This document shows, in pieces, positions 48,052 through 57,623 of a stretch of 64,000 nt of DNA. A program made the position numbers and the translations under genes. How positions within the stretch are numbered: position 1 is the stretch's first letter; each line of letters begins with the position of its first letter. The stretch comes from a virus (lineage: Duplodnaviria; Caudoviricetes), in the IMG/VR virus record IMGVR_UViG_3300021425_002620. One strand, written 5' to 3'. The notes beneath the pieces are model-generated. The model saw only the letters and a list, made by a program, of their open reading frames with translations, was not told the origin of the DNA and searched no databases.

Positions 48052-49084
48052 AATCTTCCTTTGCGTCTTTGTATTTATATAAGTCAATGCTTGCAAGATT
48101 CTTGCATTTAGACTCGACCATGATGTCTGCATAGTCTAAAAATTCTAATGCCCAATCATTTACAGCATCATTCCACATATAATCAGAATGTGCTCTTAGT
48201 TTAGCTTTTTTGTATCCTTGTTCAAGTAATGCACCCATGTCTGGTCGTATATTTGAATTAAAACCTGTGAGTACATCTTCACGGCTAACACTGTAATGAA
48301 TGACAGGACGCACACCGCGCCAACTATCGATAACACGTTCAAAGCGTTCATCATTAGGTTCAATATATTCTCCTTCCCTACACCAATGATGGTGTATGTC
48401 TAGCACCAAAGCGAGATCGTCTGCAAGCTCAAGGCTGTGTTCGAGTCCCCATTTGTTTTCGTCGTTTTCGATTGTAATACAGTTTCTTGCCTCCGGCGAG
48501 AGGCGTTTAAGTGCGTCTTTGATACCGGCTGGACCTTTGCGGCCTGAGATGTGTACGTTGCACTTGAAGTCTTGGAACTTGCGTCCATAACCCATCCAGC
48601 GGATGACATCGGTGTGATATTCAAATTCTTCTATGCTCCTCTCAACAATTTCCGGATTATCTGAGGCAAGTACAGTAAATTGTCCCGGATGCATTGATAG
48701 TCGGACATCGAGTGCTCTTGCTGTTTCTCCAACTTTTGCAAATTCTTTGTCGCAATATTCAATAACATCTGGCTTGCGCCAAAAATAACACCAAGTAGGC
48801 TCGGTATAAACAGGAAGTACATCACTACCCAATCTGACCATTCTAAGTTGAGGGGGAAGACTTCCAACATACTCAATCAACCTTTTGTATGACGCAATGT
48901 TATGGACCATAATGTCCCACAAGCGTTCTTCAGCAACATCACGTGTCTGTCTGTTGAGCCACTGTACTGTTGTGCTACGAGTATTTAGCGGACGTTGTAT
49001 TTCCTCTAGTAACTTTTTCTTTTGTGTTTGATCAGGATGCATGTACTTACATGCAAAACCGATACGTTTTTGTGTCTGCGACAT
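47987..49084 (-). CDS. uvsE: UV-damage endonuclease
   Basis: RIGFACKY, RLGSDVLP, RLSMHPGQF, TIENDE, LVLDIHHHW, HYSVS, AHSD, MVESKCK; start re-called to 49084 (GGAG SD, downstream of promoter). Confidence 0.93.
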   Translation of the reverse strand: MSQTQKRIGFACKYMHPDQTQKKKLLEEIQRPLNTRSTTVQWLNRQTRDVAEERLWDIMVHNIASYKRLIEYVGSLPPQLRMVRLGSDVLPVYTEPTWCYFWRKPDVIEYCDKEFAKVGETARALDVRLSMHPGQFTVLASDNPEIVERSIEEFEYHTDVIRWMGYGRKFQDFKCNVHISGRKGPAGIKDALKRLSPEARNCITIENDENKWGLEHSLELADDLALVLDIHHHWCREGEYIEPNDERFERVIDSWRGVRPVIHYSVSREDVLTGFNSNIRPDMGALLEQGYKKAKLRAHSDYMWNDAVNDWALEFLDYADIMVESKCKNLASIDLYKYKDAKEDYELFESNVRAQKAYGPDPIII

Positions 49085-49115
49085 ATAGTCTCCGCAAGTT
49101 GTAAATTTCAAATCC

Positions 49116-49144
49116 ATTATAACACCTTTATTTCCAATTGTCAA
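49116..49144 (-). promoter_or_regulatory. sigma70 promoter for uvsE
   Basis: TTGACA-17nt-TATAAT. Confidence 0.8.
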
Positions 49145-49841
49145 TCACCCAATCATCGTTACATTCTCGAGGATTAGGTTGTCCGTGAAATACTGCTATG
49201 CTTGTATCTTTCTTAATGTACGGATGTCCTTTTTCAGCAAATGTTCGAACTCCGTCTATTCTAGTTATCTTTGCCATGTTGCGCATTTCCCACTTATAAC
49301 TTTGTGCCCAACTGTCAGGATACAATTGATATAAATGATTACCTTTTATAACTTGTTCGTAGATATAATCTTGATCGCCGTGATGTAATCTTATGTGCTT
49401 GCGAGGATCTTTAATAAAATTTTCATAAACGTAAGAATGACTGCCGACTTCTAATCTAAAAATGCTGCTGTTAAACTTAGGCCAATCGGGGCGCATTTTT
49501 CTTGTAAAGTCTCTAAGTATACAAAACTTGTTAGGATACACATCATAAAATTTGCCAATGTCATTAAAGATTATGACGTCTAGGTCTGAATATAATATTG
49601 TACCTTGAGTAGGTAAATCAGGTTTAAAAAATAAAGGCTTGTACCACCAACCTGTTACATTGCCAACAAATGGTAAATCAAAAGTTTCAATATCTTTATT
49701 AATATTATTTCTGTTATCGGTGTAACAAGCAAAACGAACATCACTAGGTGCATTTCGTTTGAACATAGAATGCAGAGTATTCACATACTCTGCATCATAC
49801 TTAGTTCCGTGCTTTAAGCATACGAACCAGCGGTCTTGCAT
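49128..49841 (-). CDS. glycosyltransferase-like protein (GT-A fold)
   Basis: CLKHGTKY.AEYVN.L, WWYKP.FF, YSDLDVII (DxD), FNSS, GDQDYI, AVFHG.PNP. Confidence 0.75.
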   Translation of the reverse strand: MQDRWFVCLKHGTKYDAEYVNTLHSMFKRNAPSDVRFACYTDNRNNINKDIETFDLPFVGNVTGWWYKPLFFKPDLPTQGTILYSDLDVIIFNDIGKFYDVYPNKFCILRDFTRKMRPDWPKFNSSIFRLEVGSHSYVYENFIKDPRKHIRLHHGDQDYIYEQVIKGNHLYQLYPDSWAQSYKWEMRNMAKITRIDGVRTFAEKGHPYIKKDTSIAVFHGQPNPRECNDDWVIDNWK

Positions 49842-50291
49842 TTATGCCTCGTAGATAGCTGAGTTTGCTCCGTGTTCTGCACACTCGACTCGTACACAAT
49901 AACAACGATTGTCTGTTGCTTCACGTATAAGTTTGTCTGCAAAGTTAAATGCGTGTTCAGCAAACTTCTCTGCTCCTACACCATCAAAAACACGAATCTC
50001 TGCTAGATCCATTTCTTCAAGTTCACGCATCTTATCTAAATGCGGATCATTTTTATCAACTGCTACTTTGTGATCGAAGTGATCCTCTAACCAAGCCTTC
50101 AAAGGTTTTAGTCCTCCAAAGTCTACTGCCCAGTTTTTGTTGTCTAAGTGATCACAACCAAATGTAAATGTAAATGCTAGACTGTAACCGTGTAGTAAAT
50201 GACAGTGTGAATGATCTGCGTTTGGTTGACGGAACACTGCTGATAAGCCAATGTTGTGTCCGTAATGTTTAGTGCTTAAATGTCTTGCCAT
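49842..50291 (-). CDS. queD: QueD / 6-pyruvoyl-tetrahydropterin synthase family
   Basis: HSHCHLLHGYS, VDFGGLK, FDHK, EKFAE; start re-called to MARHLST (AGGAG SD). Confidence 0.85.
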   Translation of the reverse strand: MARHLSTKHYGHNIGLSAVFRQPNADHSHCHLLHGYSLAFTFTFGCDHLDNKNWAVDFGGLKPLKAWLEDHFDHKVAVDKNDPHLDKMRELEEMDLAEIRVFDGVGAEKFAEHAFNFADKLIREATDNRCYCVRVECAEHGANSAIYEA

Positions 50292-50352
50292 ATATTTTCT
50301 CCTATAAATATGTGGCGGCAGAATTAGAAGGGTTGACGCCAAGTCCTATTAG

Positions 50353-50952
50353 TTAGTCTTTATTATATATGATATTACTTATATTGTCAACCTTTACATT
50401 AGGATAATTCCAGGCTGTTGGCATTTCCCAATTGTCGGTTTGATATATAACAAACTGAATTTTAGGAAAACAGTTAAAAATCATACCTGTTTGATGTATC
50501 CAATATCTTGGATCTACTGCTCTTTTATTAGATATCGAATAGTTAGGTGTGTTTTTATAGATGTTATTAACAAGTTTGTCTTTACTGTATAGGTCAAAAC
50601 CTATTAGATTGACAAATCCTTCTTTTGCATACATTGCAGCAATAAGTATAGCATACGGTCCGCTACCCCAATGAAAGGGTTCGTCTGCTCTTTCGTCACC
50701 TTTATAAGGCAATGGCGGAACTGGACGAACACGTTCTGCTATAAATCTATCATACCAATCAGATCTTGTATATAGTAATGTGCCTTTGCCATTTACGTTT
50801 GCTCGCAAACATTCTGACATCATACGTTTATCAACACATACTAGATAATCAGTGTAGTAATCTCTCCATAGGGCATTACACCCTACTTTTGGACCTTCGA
50901 GAAGATCAATCTTGATCGGAGTCCGGCTCTCTCCGTTGCCTATTGCCCACAT
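50353..50952 (-). CDS. hypothetical protein, MptE/DUF115-like nucleotide-binding motifs
   Basis: AIGNGESR, GCNALWRD, LVCVD, WGSGPYA, LIGFDL. Confidence 0.55.
   Translation of the reverse strand: MWAIGNGESRTPIKIDLLEGPKVGCNALWRDYYTDYLVCVDKRMMSECLRANVNGKGTLLYTRSDWYDRFIAERVRPVPPLPYKGDERADEPFHWGSGPYAILIAAMYAKEGFVNLIGFDLYSKDKLVNNIYKNTPNYSISNKRAVDPRYWIHQTGMIFNCFPKIQFVIYQTDNWEMPTAWNYPNVKVDNISNIIYNKD
50362..50390 (-). promoter_or_regulatory. sigma70 promoter for queD
   Basis: TTGACA-17nt-TATAAT. Confidence 0.8.
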
Positions 50953-51220
50953 CTTTTTTTATCTCGCTTAGTTCATTTTTTATTGCTTCAAAATTACTCT
51001 CTACTCTGTGAGAACATTTTATCATATATACTATTTTACTTATCGCCCACCACCACCAGAATACACTGGTTGCGACAAATGTAACAGCGATTATGACTGA
51101 TGTAGGTGCTGTATCAAAGCCTAGTAGTTTTTCGCCTATAAGGATGGCTAGTGCGACAAATGGTAGTGTCCACGCCGCATAACGCCAGTATTGTGCCTGT
51201 TTTTCTGTTTTTTTATACAT
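50906..51220 (-). CDS. two-TM membrane protein
   Basis: Two hydrophobic helices and a coiled-coil tail. Confidence 0.6.
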   Translation of the reverse strand: MYKKTEKQAQYWRYAAWTLPFVALAILIGEKLLGFDTAPTSVIIAVTFVATSVFWWWWAISKIVYMIKCSHRVESNFEAIKNELSEIKKDVGNRQRREPDSDQD

Positions 51221-51294
51221 AGATTTCCCTTTCTAGAAACTTAGTGTTCTAGCACAAATATTTATAGTGATTATTGTTAGGATTATGTTTAGTT

Positions 51295-52434
51295 TTAAAC
51301 CGATATAGAACCAAAAGTTTTCCATTCGCCTGGAGTTCCGCTTTTAACGCATACCCATCCTACATATGATGTAGGTCTTGGATCTGAATTCCAAACAATG
51401 TCGCCTTTGTTCCAATTTCCGTCTACAGGTTCTGTATTAGATACTGCAAACTTTTTACCTTCAAATCTAACAGAACCGTTAGTTTCTAGAGATACATCAT
51501 TAACTGATGTTACTCCAATACCAAGTTTGCCGTGTATATTTACATCTGCTGAATTAGCACCTCTAATACCGAATTCAACCTTGCCTGATTTACTAATACT
51601 AATTCTAGGAGTATCATCTGTAATTAAATGAACACCTGAATTACTAAATGCACCAATACGAATGTCAGTGTCGTCTACATCAACTACAAACTCACTTCCC
51701 CAGCCTTGCACTGCGAAGTTACCATTTGGTTGCTCAGTACCAATACCTAGTCTATCAGTATCAGTATTATATCTAAAACCATCGCCAAACGAAACATGTC
51801 CAGCAACATCTAAAGACTCAAGTGTACCTACAGATCTTAGTTTGCTTGATCTAACGCTATTTCCTAATCCTGATGATGATATTACCGGCTCACTACCGAT
51901 ATAATAAGCAGCATCTCTAGCCATATCAATACTAATACTAGACCACAGTCTGACTGGATTATTCTTTAATACTAGTTGTTTTGATGTGCCATCGCCTTGC
52001 CACAACAAACCTTTGTTGTATACTGTTCCGTCTGTAGCACTAAACTCTAAGGATTTTGAAGAACTATTTCTTAGGTCGCCTGCAATTTCATCTGCATATA
52101 TTTTGCGGACAGTAAGATCACCGTCTACATCTAAGTTTCCGGATACTGTAGTATCGCCTACTACTTCGTCAACATCTATTTTATCTGTGCTAATACCATC
52201 GTCGTCTATTAGTACAGATAACTTAGTAGCACTGTCTTTAATACCAACAGAACTAAAATTACTAATAGTTCCGCCATTAATTTTATTTCCGCTTATTCCA
52301 CCCTGAGGAATATCGTCCACATTAGGCTTTACATCACTTGGCACTGTTGCTAGTGTTCCTAGCAATTCTGCTAACTGAATCAAACCTTCTTGCGAATGTT
52401 TTAGAGTTATTGGGTCAACTGATTTGTTCTTCAT
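51295..52434 (-). CDS. putative structural/fibre-like protein
   Basis: GIGTEQP, GIGVTSV beta repeats; C-terminal GDIVWNSDP...YVGWVC...G.PG.W; GATAAATA at 52440-52447. Confidence 0.65.
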   Translation of the reverse strand: MKNKSVDPITLKHSQEGLIQLAELLGTLATVPSDVKPNVDDIPQGGISGNKINGGTISNFSSVGIKDSATKLSVLIDDDGISTDKIDVDEVVGDTTVSGNLDVDGDLTVRKIYADEIAGDLRNSSSKSLEFSATDGTVYNKGLLWQGDGTSKQLVLKNNPVRLWSSISIDMARDAAYYIGSEPVISSSGLGNSVRSSKLRSVGTLESLDVAGHVSFGDGFRYNTDTDRLGIGTEQPNGNFAVQGWGSEFVVDVDDTDIRIGAFSNSGVHLITDDTPRISISKSGKVEFGIRGANSADVNIHGKLGIGVTSVNDVSLETNGSVRFEGKKFAVSNTEPVDGNWNKGDIVWNSDPRPTSYVGWVCVKSGTPGEWKTFGSISV

Positions 52435-52445
52435 ATAACTATTTA

Positions 52446-53738
52446 TCAAGATACCTTTAGAAGCACTGTATCAGGATTACAGCGACCATTTAGTTTGGTA
52501 TCTGTTGTATTAATATTATCTAAGAACTTGCGTAGTGCTACTTTACCTGCGGCTTTGAACTCTTTTAATTGTTCGGGTGGCTTACGCAAAGTCTTTTGAA
52601 TACTCTGTGCTTCATCAAATCCGATAATAGTTGTACCTTTGACACTAAGTCCAGTGCCGTCACGCATTAGTCCTTTTGGATCTACATTTGACGCAACATA
52701 CTTACCTAGTTTCCGTGTTTTAACATTAAATACCCAAAGTTCGTTTGCACCTACAATAAGTGTAGGATCAATTGATGCAAGTGAATACTTGTCATCTGCT
52801 TTGTTAAACTTGAGCTTTTCAACAATCTTACTTGCTGAACGTTGCTTAGGCTTACGTGGTTTACGTGTTGCTTTTGCTTGTTCAATAATAAAGTCAAGCT
52901 CTGCATTTACAGTCTCAATTGCTTTGCGATACTTTGCAATGTCTGATTTTTTAAGATGACTATAACCTTCTTTAAGTTGTGCCCATTGATCTGCTTCAAA
53001 CTCGCTCATCTTCTTAAGTTGGCCAGCAGTAGGGAATCGTTCTAGTTCGTTAAAGTCTTCAAGTTCAGACTCCCAAAAAGATCGCATTTTACGAGCATGT
53101 GCTTGGCTAGGTTGTATCTTTTTAAAATGTTTTTTAAAGTCAAATCCTTTAGGATCAAAGTTATCTTTATCGCTAATCCAAACTTCTAACCATTCATCAA
53201 TTGGTTCTGCCATTTCGTATGCTTGATCGCGAATACGTTCTTGAATCGTAGGAACATGCTTCTTAGCTTCGTTTTTGGCTTCTTCTTTCTTTTCAACAAC
53301 AACCTTTGAGCCTTCTTCGATATAATGTTCAATTCTTTTTTGTAAAAATATCTTTGGATCTTTTGCTTCGCCTATTGTTCCTGGAAGACTTTGCCAATAT
53401 TCATCTTCAGCTTTTACATACCCCGGCATTCCATTTAGAAACTGCTTTGCAACAATAGCACTTGTAACACTAATAAAAGTGTTAGGCATTGCTTTTGCAT
53501 GTTTAATTTGTTCTTTAGTATACTCGCCACTCTTTTCCATCCATTCAAAAATTGCAGGATAAAGATCTGCGGGTTTAAATTCTTCGTAATAGAACTGACG
53601 GGTGTGTTGTCTGTGACGATGAATCTGCTGACCAGTCCATTCTTCCCAGCCGTCCCAACCCGGTGCTTCGATTTTACCACCTCGTTTGATACGAGGAGCA
53701 GCTCTAGGTGCTTTACGTTTTGTTTTTGGAAGTGCCAT
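52446..53738 (-). CDS. conserved phage hypothetical protein
   Basis: 430-aa ORF, AAGGA SD, own promoter. Confidence 0.8.
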   Translation of the reverse strand: MALPKTKRKAPRAAPRIKRGGKIEAPGWDGWEEWTGQQIHRHRQHTRQFYYEEFKPADLYPAIFEWMEKSGEYTKEQIKHAKAMPNTFISVTSAIVAKQFLNGMPGYVKAEDEYWQSLPGTIGEAKDPKIFLQKRIEHYIEEGSKVVVEKKEEAKNEAKKHVPTIQERIRDQAYEMAEPIDEWLEVWISDKDNFDPKGFDFKKHFKKIQPSQAHARKMRSFWESELEDFNELERFPTAGQLKKMSEFEADQWAQLKEGYSHLKKSDIAKYRKAIETVNAELDFIIEQAKATRKPRKPKQRSASKIVEKLKFNKADDKYSLASIDPTLIVGANELWVFNVKTRKLGKYVASNVDPKGLMRDGTGLSVKGTTIIGFDEAQSIQKTLRKPPEQLKEFKAAGKVALRKFLDNINTTDTKLNGRCNPDTVLLKVS

Positions 53739-53770
53739 TGTATTGTCCTTGCAATTTCAATTATTTTACT

Positions 53771-53799
53771 ACTATATAGCCACTATGCTACAAAGTCAA
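53771..53799 (-). promoter_or_regulatory. sigma70 promoter
   Basis: TTGACT-17nt-TATAGT. Confidence 0.7.
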
Positions 53800-54199
53800 G
53801 TATTTTTGACTCATCTTCAGACCAAAAAACTCTTTTAATGCCATAGCTCTTGATTATATTAGAACAGCCTGCACAGGGTTTAGCAAGACCGTATACCCAC
53901 CTGTTAGACGCAATATGCGGTCGTTTAACACGTACTATGTGTAAGTCGCACTGTTTGAGTTGCTCGGGTGTAATCAAGCGTAGAGCGTTGCGTATAGCGT
54001 CTACTTCGGCATGCATAAACAGTTGATCTGTGCGGTATCCTTCACCTAACATCATTGGGTGAGTTTTTCTTCGATTAACACCTGTAGAAATGAGATGTTT
54101 CTTATAGGTAATGCCAGCAGCCATTGGCACTCTTCGACTTGATTCAAATCCGCCCGAACTAATAGCCAGCCGAGTAAGCATTTGATTTATACGATTCAT
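53783..54199 (-). CDS. zinc-dependent cytidine/dCMP deaminase-like protein
   Basis: HAEVDAI and KPCAGC motifs. Confidence 0.75.
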   Translation of the reverse strand: MNRINQMLTRLAISSGGFESSRRVPMAAGITYKKHLISTGVNRRKTHPMMLGEGYRTDQLFMHAEVDAIRNALRLITPEQLKQCDLHIVRVKRPHIASNRWVYGLAKPCAGCSNIIKSYGIKRVFWSEDESKILDFVA

Positions 54200-54438
54200 T
54201 GTGCTTTCTTTAATTCGTAGAATGTAGCATACTTATCTTTGAGTGTGCCAATAATCTTAATGCGGTGTCCATAGGTGTGAGGGTTTGGAGTAGAAGTCCA
54301 GTATACATCTTCTGCTTTTTCCATTGCCCATTTGCCTTCGGGTGTCTGCTGCCAGTTATAAATAGGCTCTGCTACATAGATTTCTACATCATCCACATCG
54401 CCCATTGTAAACTCGTGTAAGACATACTTAGCCTTCAC
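54196..54438 (-). CDS. hypothetical protein
   Basis: 80-aa ORF in co-oriented run. Confidence 0.6.
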   Translation of the reverse strand: MKAKYVLHEFTMGDVDDVEIYVAEPIYNWQQTPEGKWAMEKAEDVYWTSTPNPHTYGHRIKIIGTLKDKYATFYELKKAQ

Positions 54439-54467
54439 GTTCTAGATCCCACACACAAATATTTGGT

Positions 54468-55775
54468 TTAGATTTTTTCGCCGACTTCAAATCCGCGGAA
54501 GGTTTTGAACCTTGGGAAACGAAGCGAATAAGTGCCGTCTTGATTTTGCGTAATAGCATCTGCTCGTACCTCTACTAAATTGCCGATAATATCATCACGG
54601 CTGTTCCAAAAATCGTCACGATTAGCATCAGTGAAGCCGCTGCCAACATTAACGTGAATATGTCTTCCGTCGTCGATTCCCTCGCAGACAAACGCTCCAA
54701 GGCGTCCTTCGTTGCGGCCAGTACCTTCTTCAATCTCCTTTACCTCCAATGTTACTTCAATAAATGGCTTTGCTTTGAGCCAAGCATGAGTACGCTTACA
54801 TTCATACGGTGCATCAGGATCTTTGATCATAACTCCTTCATATCCACCGTCTACAGCCGCTTTATTAAGCTCTACAAAGCGTTGTTGTCCTTCGGGTGTG
54901 TCCAAGTTAACATCTTCCCATTCAAGTGCCTGTACGTGCTTTAAAACGCTTTGATGATCACGTACCCAATGGCTAGTAATAAGGCTTCTAAAACTCTGTG
55001 GTTTATCCCACTCGCCTTTTAAGAAACAACCTAATGGAATAGTATCAAACAAGTGTAGCACAGCATCATTCGCTTTTACGTTGTCCTTACGGTGCACCTG
55101 CTTCATAAGATCTTGAAAGTTAGCACTCATTACTTCTCCGTCTAAAACAAGCGGATAAGGTACAGGATGTTCTTTTAGCACCTCTTTGATTTCGTTAATG
55201 ATATGATCAAAGTTGTGAAATTGTTTACCATTACGACTAAACATTTCTACTTTGTCACCTTTAATAACTGTAAGTACTCGAACACCGTCTAGTTTAATTT
55301 CAATCTGCTTAGGACCTACCATTTTCTTTTCGTGCTTGGCACTATCATGAGCAAGAGCACAAGTAAACACAGGTACAGTTCCAGGTACTACTTTGTTTAC
55401 AGTCTTTTCACTAACACCGCAACGTAAGTCCTTGATAAGGATACGACGGTACCAATCATTCCACTGTTCTGTAGTAGCAACACCCATTGCTAGTTCAATA
55501 GCATCACGTGCCGCATGTCCAGTTAGCTCACGCTGTTGTAGTTTTTCAGCAAGTTCTTTAAACACTTCCCAAGACAATCCTTGTCCAGTTAATATGTCTG
55601 AACGCTCAGGGACTTGTTTTACACCAAATGTAATGAGAGGATCTAGGGCCATTGTAAGACCTTCAAAAAACTCTGGCAATCCTTCGTCGTATGCCGCTCG
55701 AATAATGCCTTCTTTGTCTAAGCGACTGTTGTGGATTTCAAGTTGACGAATAATTGCGTCTGGTTGTGTTCTCAT
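54468..55775 (-). CDS. ATP-dependent DNA ligase
   Basis: EIKLDGVR (KxDG), LDGEV, EGVMIK, WLKAKP, VNVGSGFT, SLRFPRF. Confidence 0.95.
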   Translation of the reverse strand: MRTQPDAIIRQLEIHNSRLDKEGIIRAAYDEGLPEFFEGLTMALDPLITFGVKQVPERSDILTGQGLSWEVFKELAEKLQQRELTGHAARDAIELAMGVATTEQWNDWYRRILIKDLRCGVSEKTVNKVVPGTVPVFTCALAHDSAKHEKKMVGPKQIEIKLDGVRVLTVIKGDKVEMFSRNGKQFHNFDHIINEIKEVLKEHPVPYPLVLDGEVMSANFQDLMKQVHRKDNVKANDAVLHLFDTIPLGCFLKGEWDKPQSFRSLITSHWVRDHQSVLKHVQALEWEDVNLDTPEGQQRFVELNKAAVDGGYEGVMIKDPDAPYECKRTHAWLKAKPFIEVTLEVKEIEEGTGRNEGRLGAFVCEGIDDGRHIHVNVGSGFTDANRDDFWNSRDDIIGNLVEVRADAITQNQDGTYSLRFPRFKTFRGFEVGEKI

Positions 55776-55996
55776 GCCATTGCCCTTTCAACTTTCTTTA
55801 ATACTGCTTGTGAATGCTTGCAAGCACCTCTAAATGTAAATCCAGGACAATCGCAGTTAAAACCTTTGTCATGTAGTTCTACATTATAAACATTATCTTT
55901 ACTACCTTGCATAGGCCAGATAGTGCCTACCATCCAATGGCCCTTAGGCGAAAAGACGGTAGGTCTTAGATAGCGTTCAAACTTTGACTTTTTCAT
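55772..55996 (-). CDS. SWIM zinc-finger protein
   Basis: CDCPGFTFRGACKH. Confidence 0.75.
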   Translation of the reverse strand: MKKSKFERYLRPTVFSPKGHWMVGTIWPMQGSKDNVYNVELHDKGFNCDCPGFTFRGACKHSQAVLKKVERAMA

Positions 55997-56292
55997 ACTT
56001 GCCTCGGTGTTGTGCCTGTTGCTGTATATAACTTCATTATTATACCATCAACTTCAGCTTCTGTCAACCATCCTTTTATTGTATCGCCTTCATTAGTAAT
56101 ACCTGGAAGTTCTACCATATCCGAAGCAACACCATCATTGGCATCAAACACGCCGATTTCGTATTTTCCTTGACTGCCGCCATATGAGAAATCGCTCTTG
56201 ACAATACTCAAGTGATATTTGCCAAAGTCAAGAACTGCTTGTACACCTTTAGGTACATCAGTTTCCAATAGTTTGAAATCCTTCAGTTTCAT
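55993..56292 (-). CDS. hypothetical protein
   Basis: 99-aa ORF in co-oriented run. Confidence 0.65.
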   Translation of the reverse strand: MKLKDFKLLETDVPKGVQAVLDFGKYHLSIVKSDFSYGGSQGKYEIGVFDANDGVASDMVELPGITNEGDTIKGWLTEAEVDGIIMKLYTATGTTPRQV

Positions 56293-56455
56293 AATATTCT
56301 GGCTCCATTTCTAGTGATTCGTGGTAATCAAAAACTGTATATCCTTGTAGTGCATACCACGTCGCTTGTTTAGGTGTAGCAAGAGCAGTAAGTCTATCAG
56401 TAATCTTACCGCCCTGCCACTTTTCAAACTCATACAATCGGTGTTCGTAAAGCAT
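56258..56455 (-). CDS. hypothetical protein
   Basis: 65-aa ORF overlapping both neighbours. Confidence 0.4.
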   Translation of the reverse strand: MLYEHRLYEFEKWQGGKITDRLTALATPKQATWYALQGYTVFDYHESLEMEPEYYETEGFQTIGN

Positions 56456-56954
56456 CTAAGTTCACCGGAGTGTAATTAATTTGCTCTACGCAAACACATT
56501 TGTAAGGTCCTTCCGGTGAAGGATTACTATGAACGTGTCCGTGTACGTTTACAACATCTTGTCCGTCCCAGCGCAACTTTTCACCTAGTGTTTGCGGGTG
56601 CAAAGGCATGTGGGTAAACACCAAGTTATCAATGTTGTACCAGTACTGTATATCTTTGAAGAATGGAGCAAGGTGCTTAACATTATCGTGATTGCCTAGT
56701 GCAAGTTTTTTCTTGCCAGGCAACTTAGCAAAGTTTGCCTCCATCCATGCAACCTTATCCATACCAAACAACACATCTCCACAGTGAATAACTGTATCGC
56801 CGTCTTTAACAGTATCGTTCCAGTTGTCTAACATGCACTGATTCATCTCGTCTACATTAGCAAACTGCCTTGTGGGCTTGCCATCGTAATCACAAAACTC
56901 TAAAATTTTAGCGTGGTTGAAGTGAGTGTCGCTTAAAACCCAAATATCTGCCAT
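56430..56954 (-). CDS. calcineurin-like metallophosphoesterase
   Basis: SDTHFNH, HCGD, GNHD, THMP, HGHVH. Confidence 0.88.
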   Translation of the reverse strand: MADIWVLSDTHFNHAKILEFCDYDGKPTRQFANVDEMNQCMLDNWNDTVKDGDTVIHCGDVLFGMDKVAWMEANFAKLPGKKKLALGNHDNVKHLAPFFKDIQYWYNIDNLVFTHMPLHPQTLGEKLRWDGQDVVNVHGHVHSNPSPEGPYKCVCVEQINYTPVNLDALRTPIV

Positions 56955-56990
56955 CTTGTGTGCCTCTGTGTGTGCCTAATTAATATAACT

Positions 56991-57019
56991 ATTATAAGCT
57001 CATTTTATGCTGTTGTCAA
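56991..57019 (-). promoter_or_regulatory. sigma70 promoter
   Basis: TTGACA-17nt-TATAAT. Confidence 0.8.
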
Positions 57020-57523
57020 CTGAAAAAGCTCTAAATCTTTGGCGTAAAAGTCATTGATTTTATTATAGTTTGCGTGTTCAGTTACATAATTTCTAATTTT
57101 TACTTTGTTTCTGTTACCATCAATTGTATTAATAATGTCTAGAGTTGCAGTCTTTCTAAAACAGTTCCAATCTTCTTGCATACGATGCAAAAGATTAGGT
57201 TCGAACTGATATAACTTTGTTCTGTTTGGATCGAGCATTTCAATAAATGTATGTTGCGGTTGTGTGTGCTTGTCTAGATGCAGTTTTTCTAAATTAAAAC
57301 TTCTAATATCTGTATTATCAAACTGCTGACATCTCCATAGGTACTCTGTTGCACCACTAATCCATCTATCTATTGGATCTCGTATTACAGCAATGTATGT
57401 GCGTCTATTGATGTGCTTGTAGTCAGTAGGTGTCCAACTACAGTATGCAGAGATTGCGGTGCTTGCATTCTTTGGAATTAATACAATACATGCTTTGTCA
57501 TTGTAAAAGCCAGTTCTAAACAT
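57005..57523 (-). CDS. sulfotransferase-family protein
   Basis: IPKNASTAI (5'-PSB loop), VIRDPIDRWISG (3'-PB), HTQPQ; start re-called because the track's extension lies within tRNA-Arg. Confidence 0.7.
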   Translation of the reverse strand: MFRTGFYNDKACIVLIPKNASTAISAYCSWTPTDYKHINRRTYIAVIRDPIDRWISGATEYLWRCQQFDNTDIRSFNLEKLHLDKHTQPQHTFIEMLDPNRTKLYQFEPNLLHRMQEDWNCFRKTATLDIINTIDGNRNKVKIRNYVTEHANYNKINDFYAKDLELFQLTTA

Positions 57524-57536
57524 GCTGTATTTACAT

Positions 57537-57613
57537 TGGCGCGGCTGAAGAGATTCGAACTCCTGACCCTTGGTTTCGTAGACCAATGCTCTATCCAGCT
57601 GAGCTACAGCCGC
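57537..57613 (-). tRNA. tRNA-Arg(ACG)
   Basis: Cloverleaf; TTGGT-CT ACG AA-ACCAA; encoded CCA. Confidence 0.95.
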
Positions 57614-57623
57614 GTAAAATAAT

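Noticed and set aside
50292-50355. Canonical preQ1 riboswitch upstream of queD
   Set aside because: The preQ1-I loop and A-rich tail are not recognisable; kept only as an unassigned hairpin.
57524-57586. N-terminal extension of the sulfotransferase ORF in the track
   Set aside because: It lies inside tRNA-Arg; family motifs begin after the ATG at 57523.
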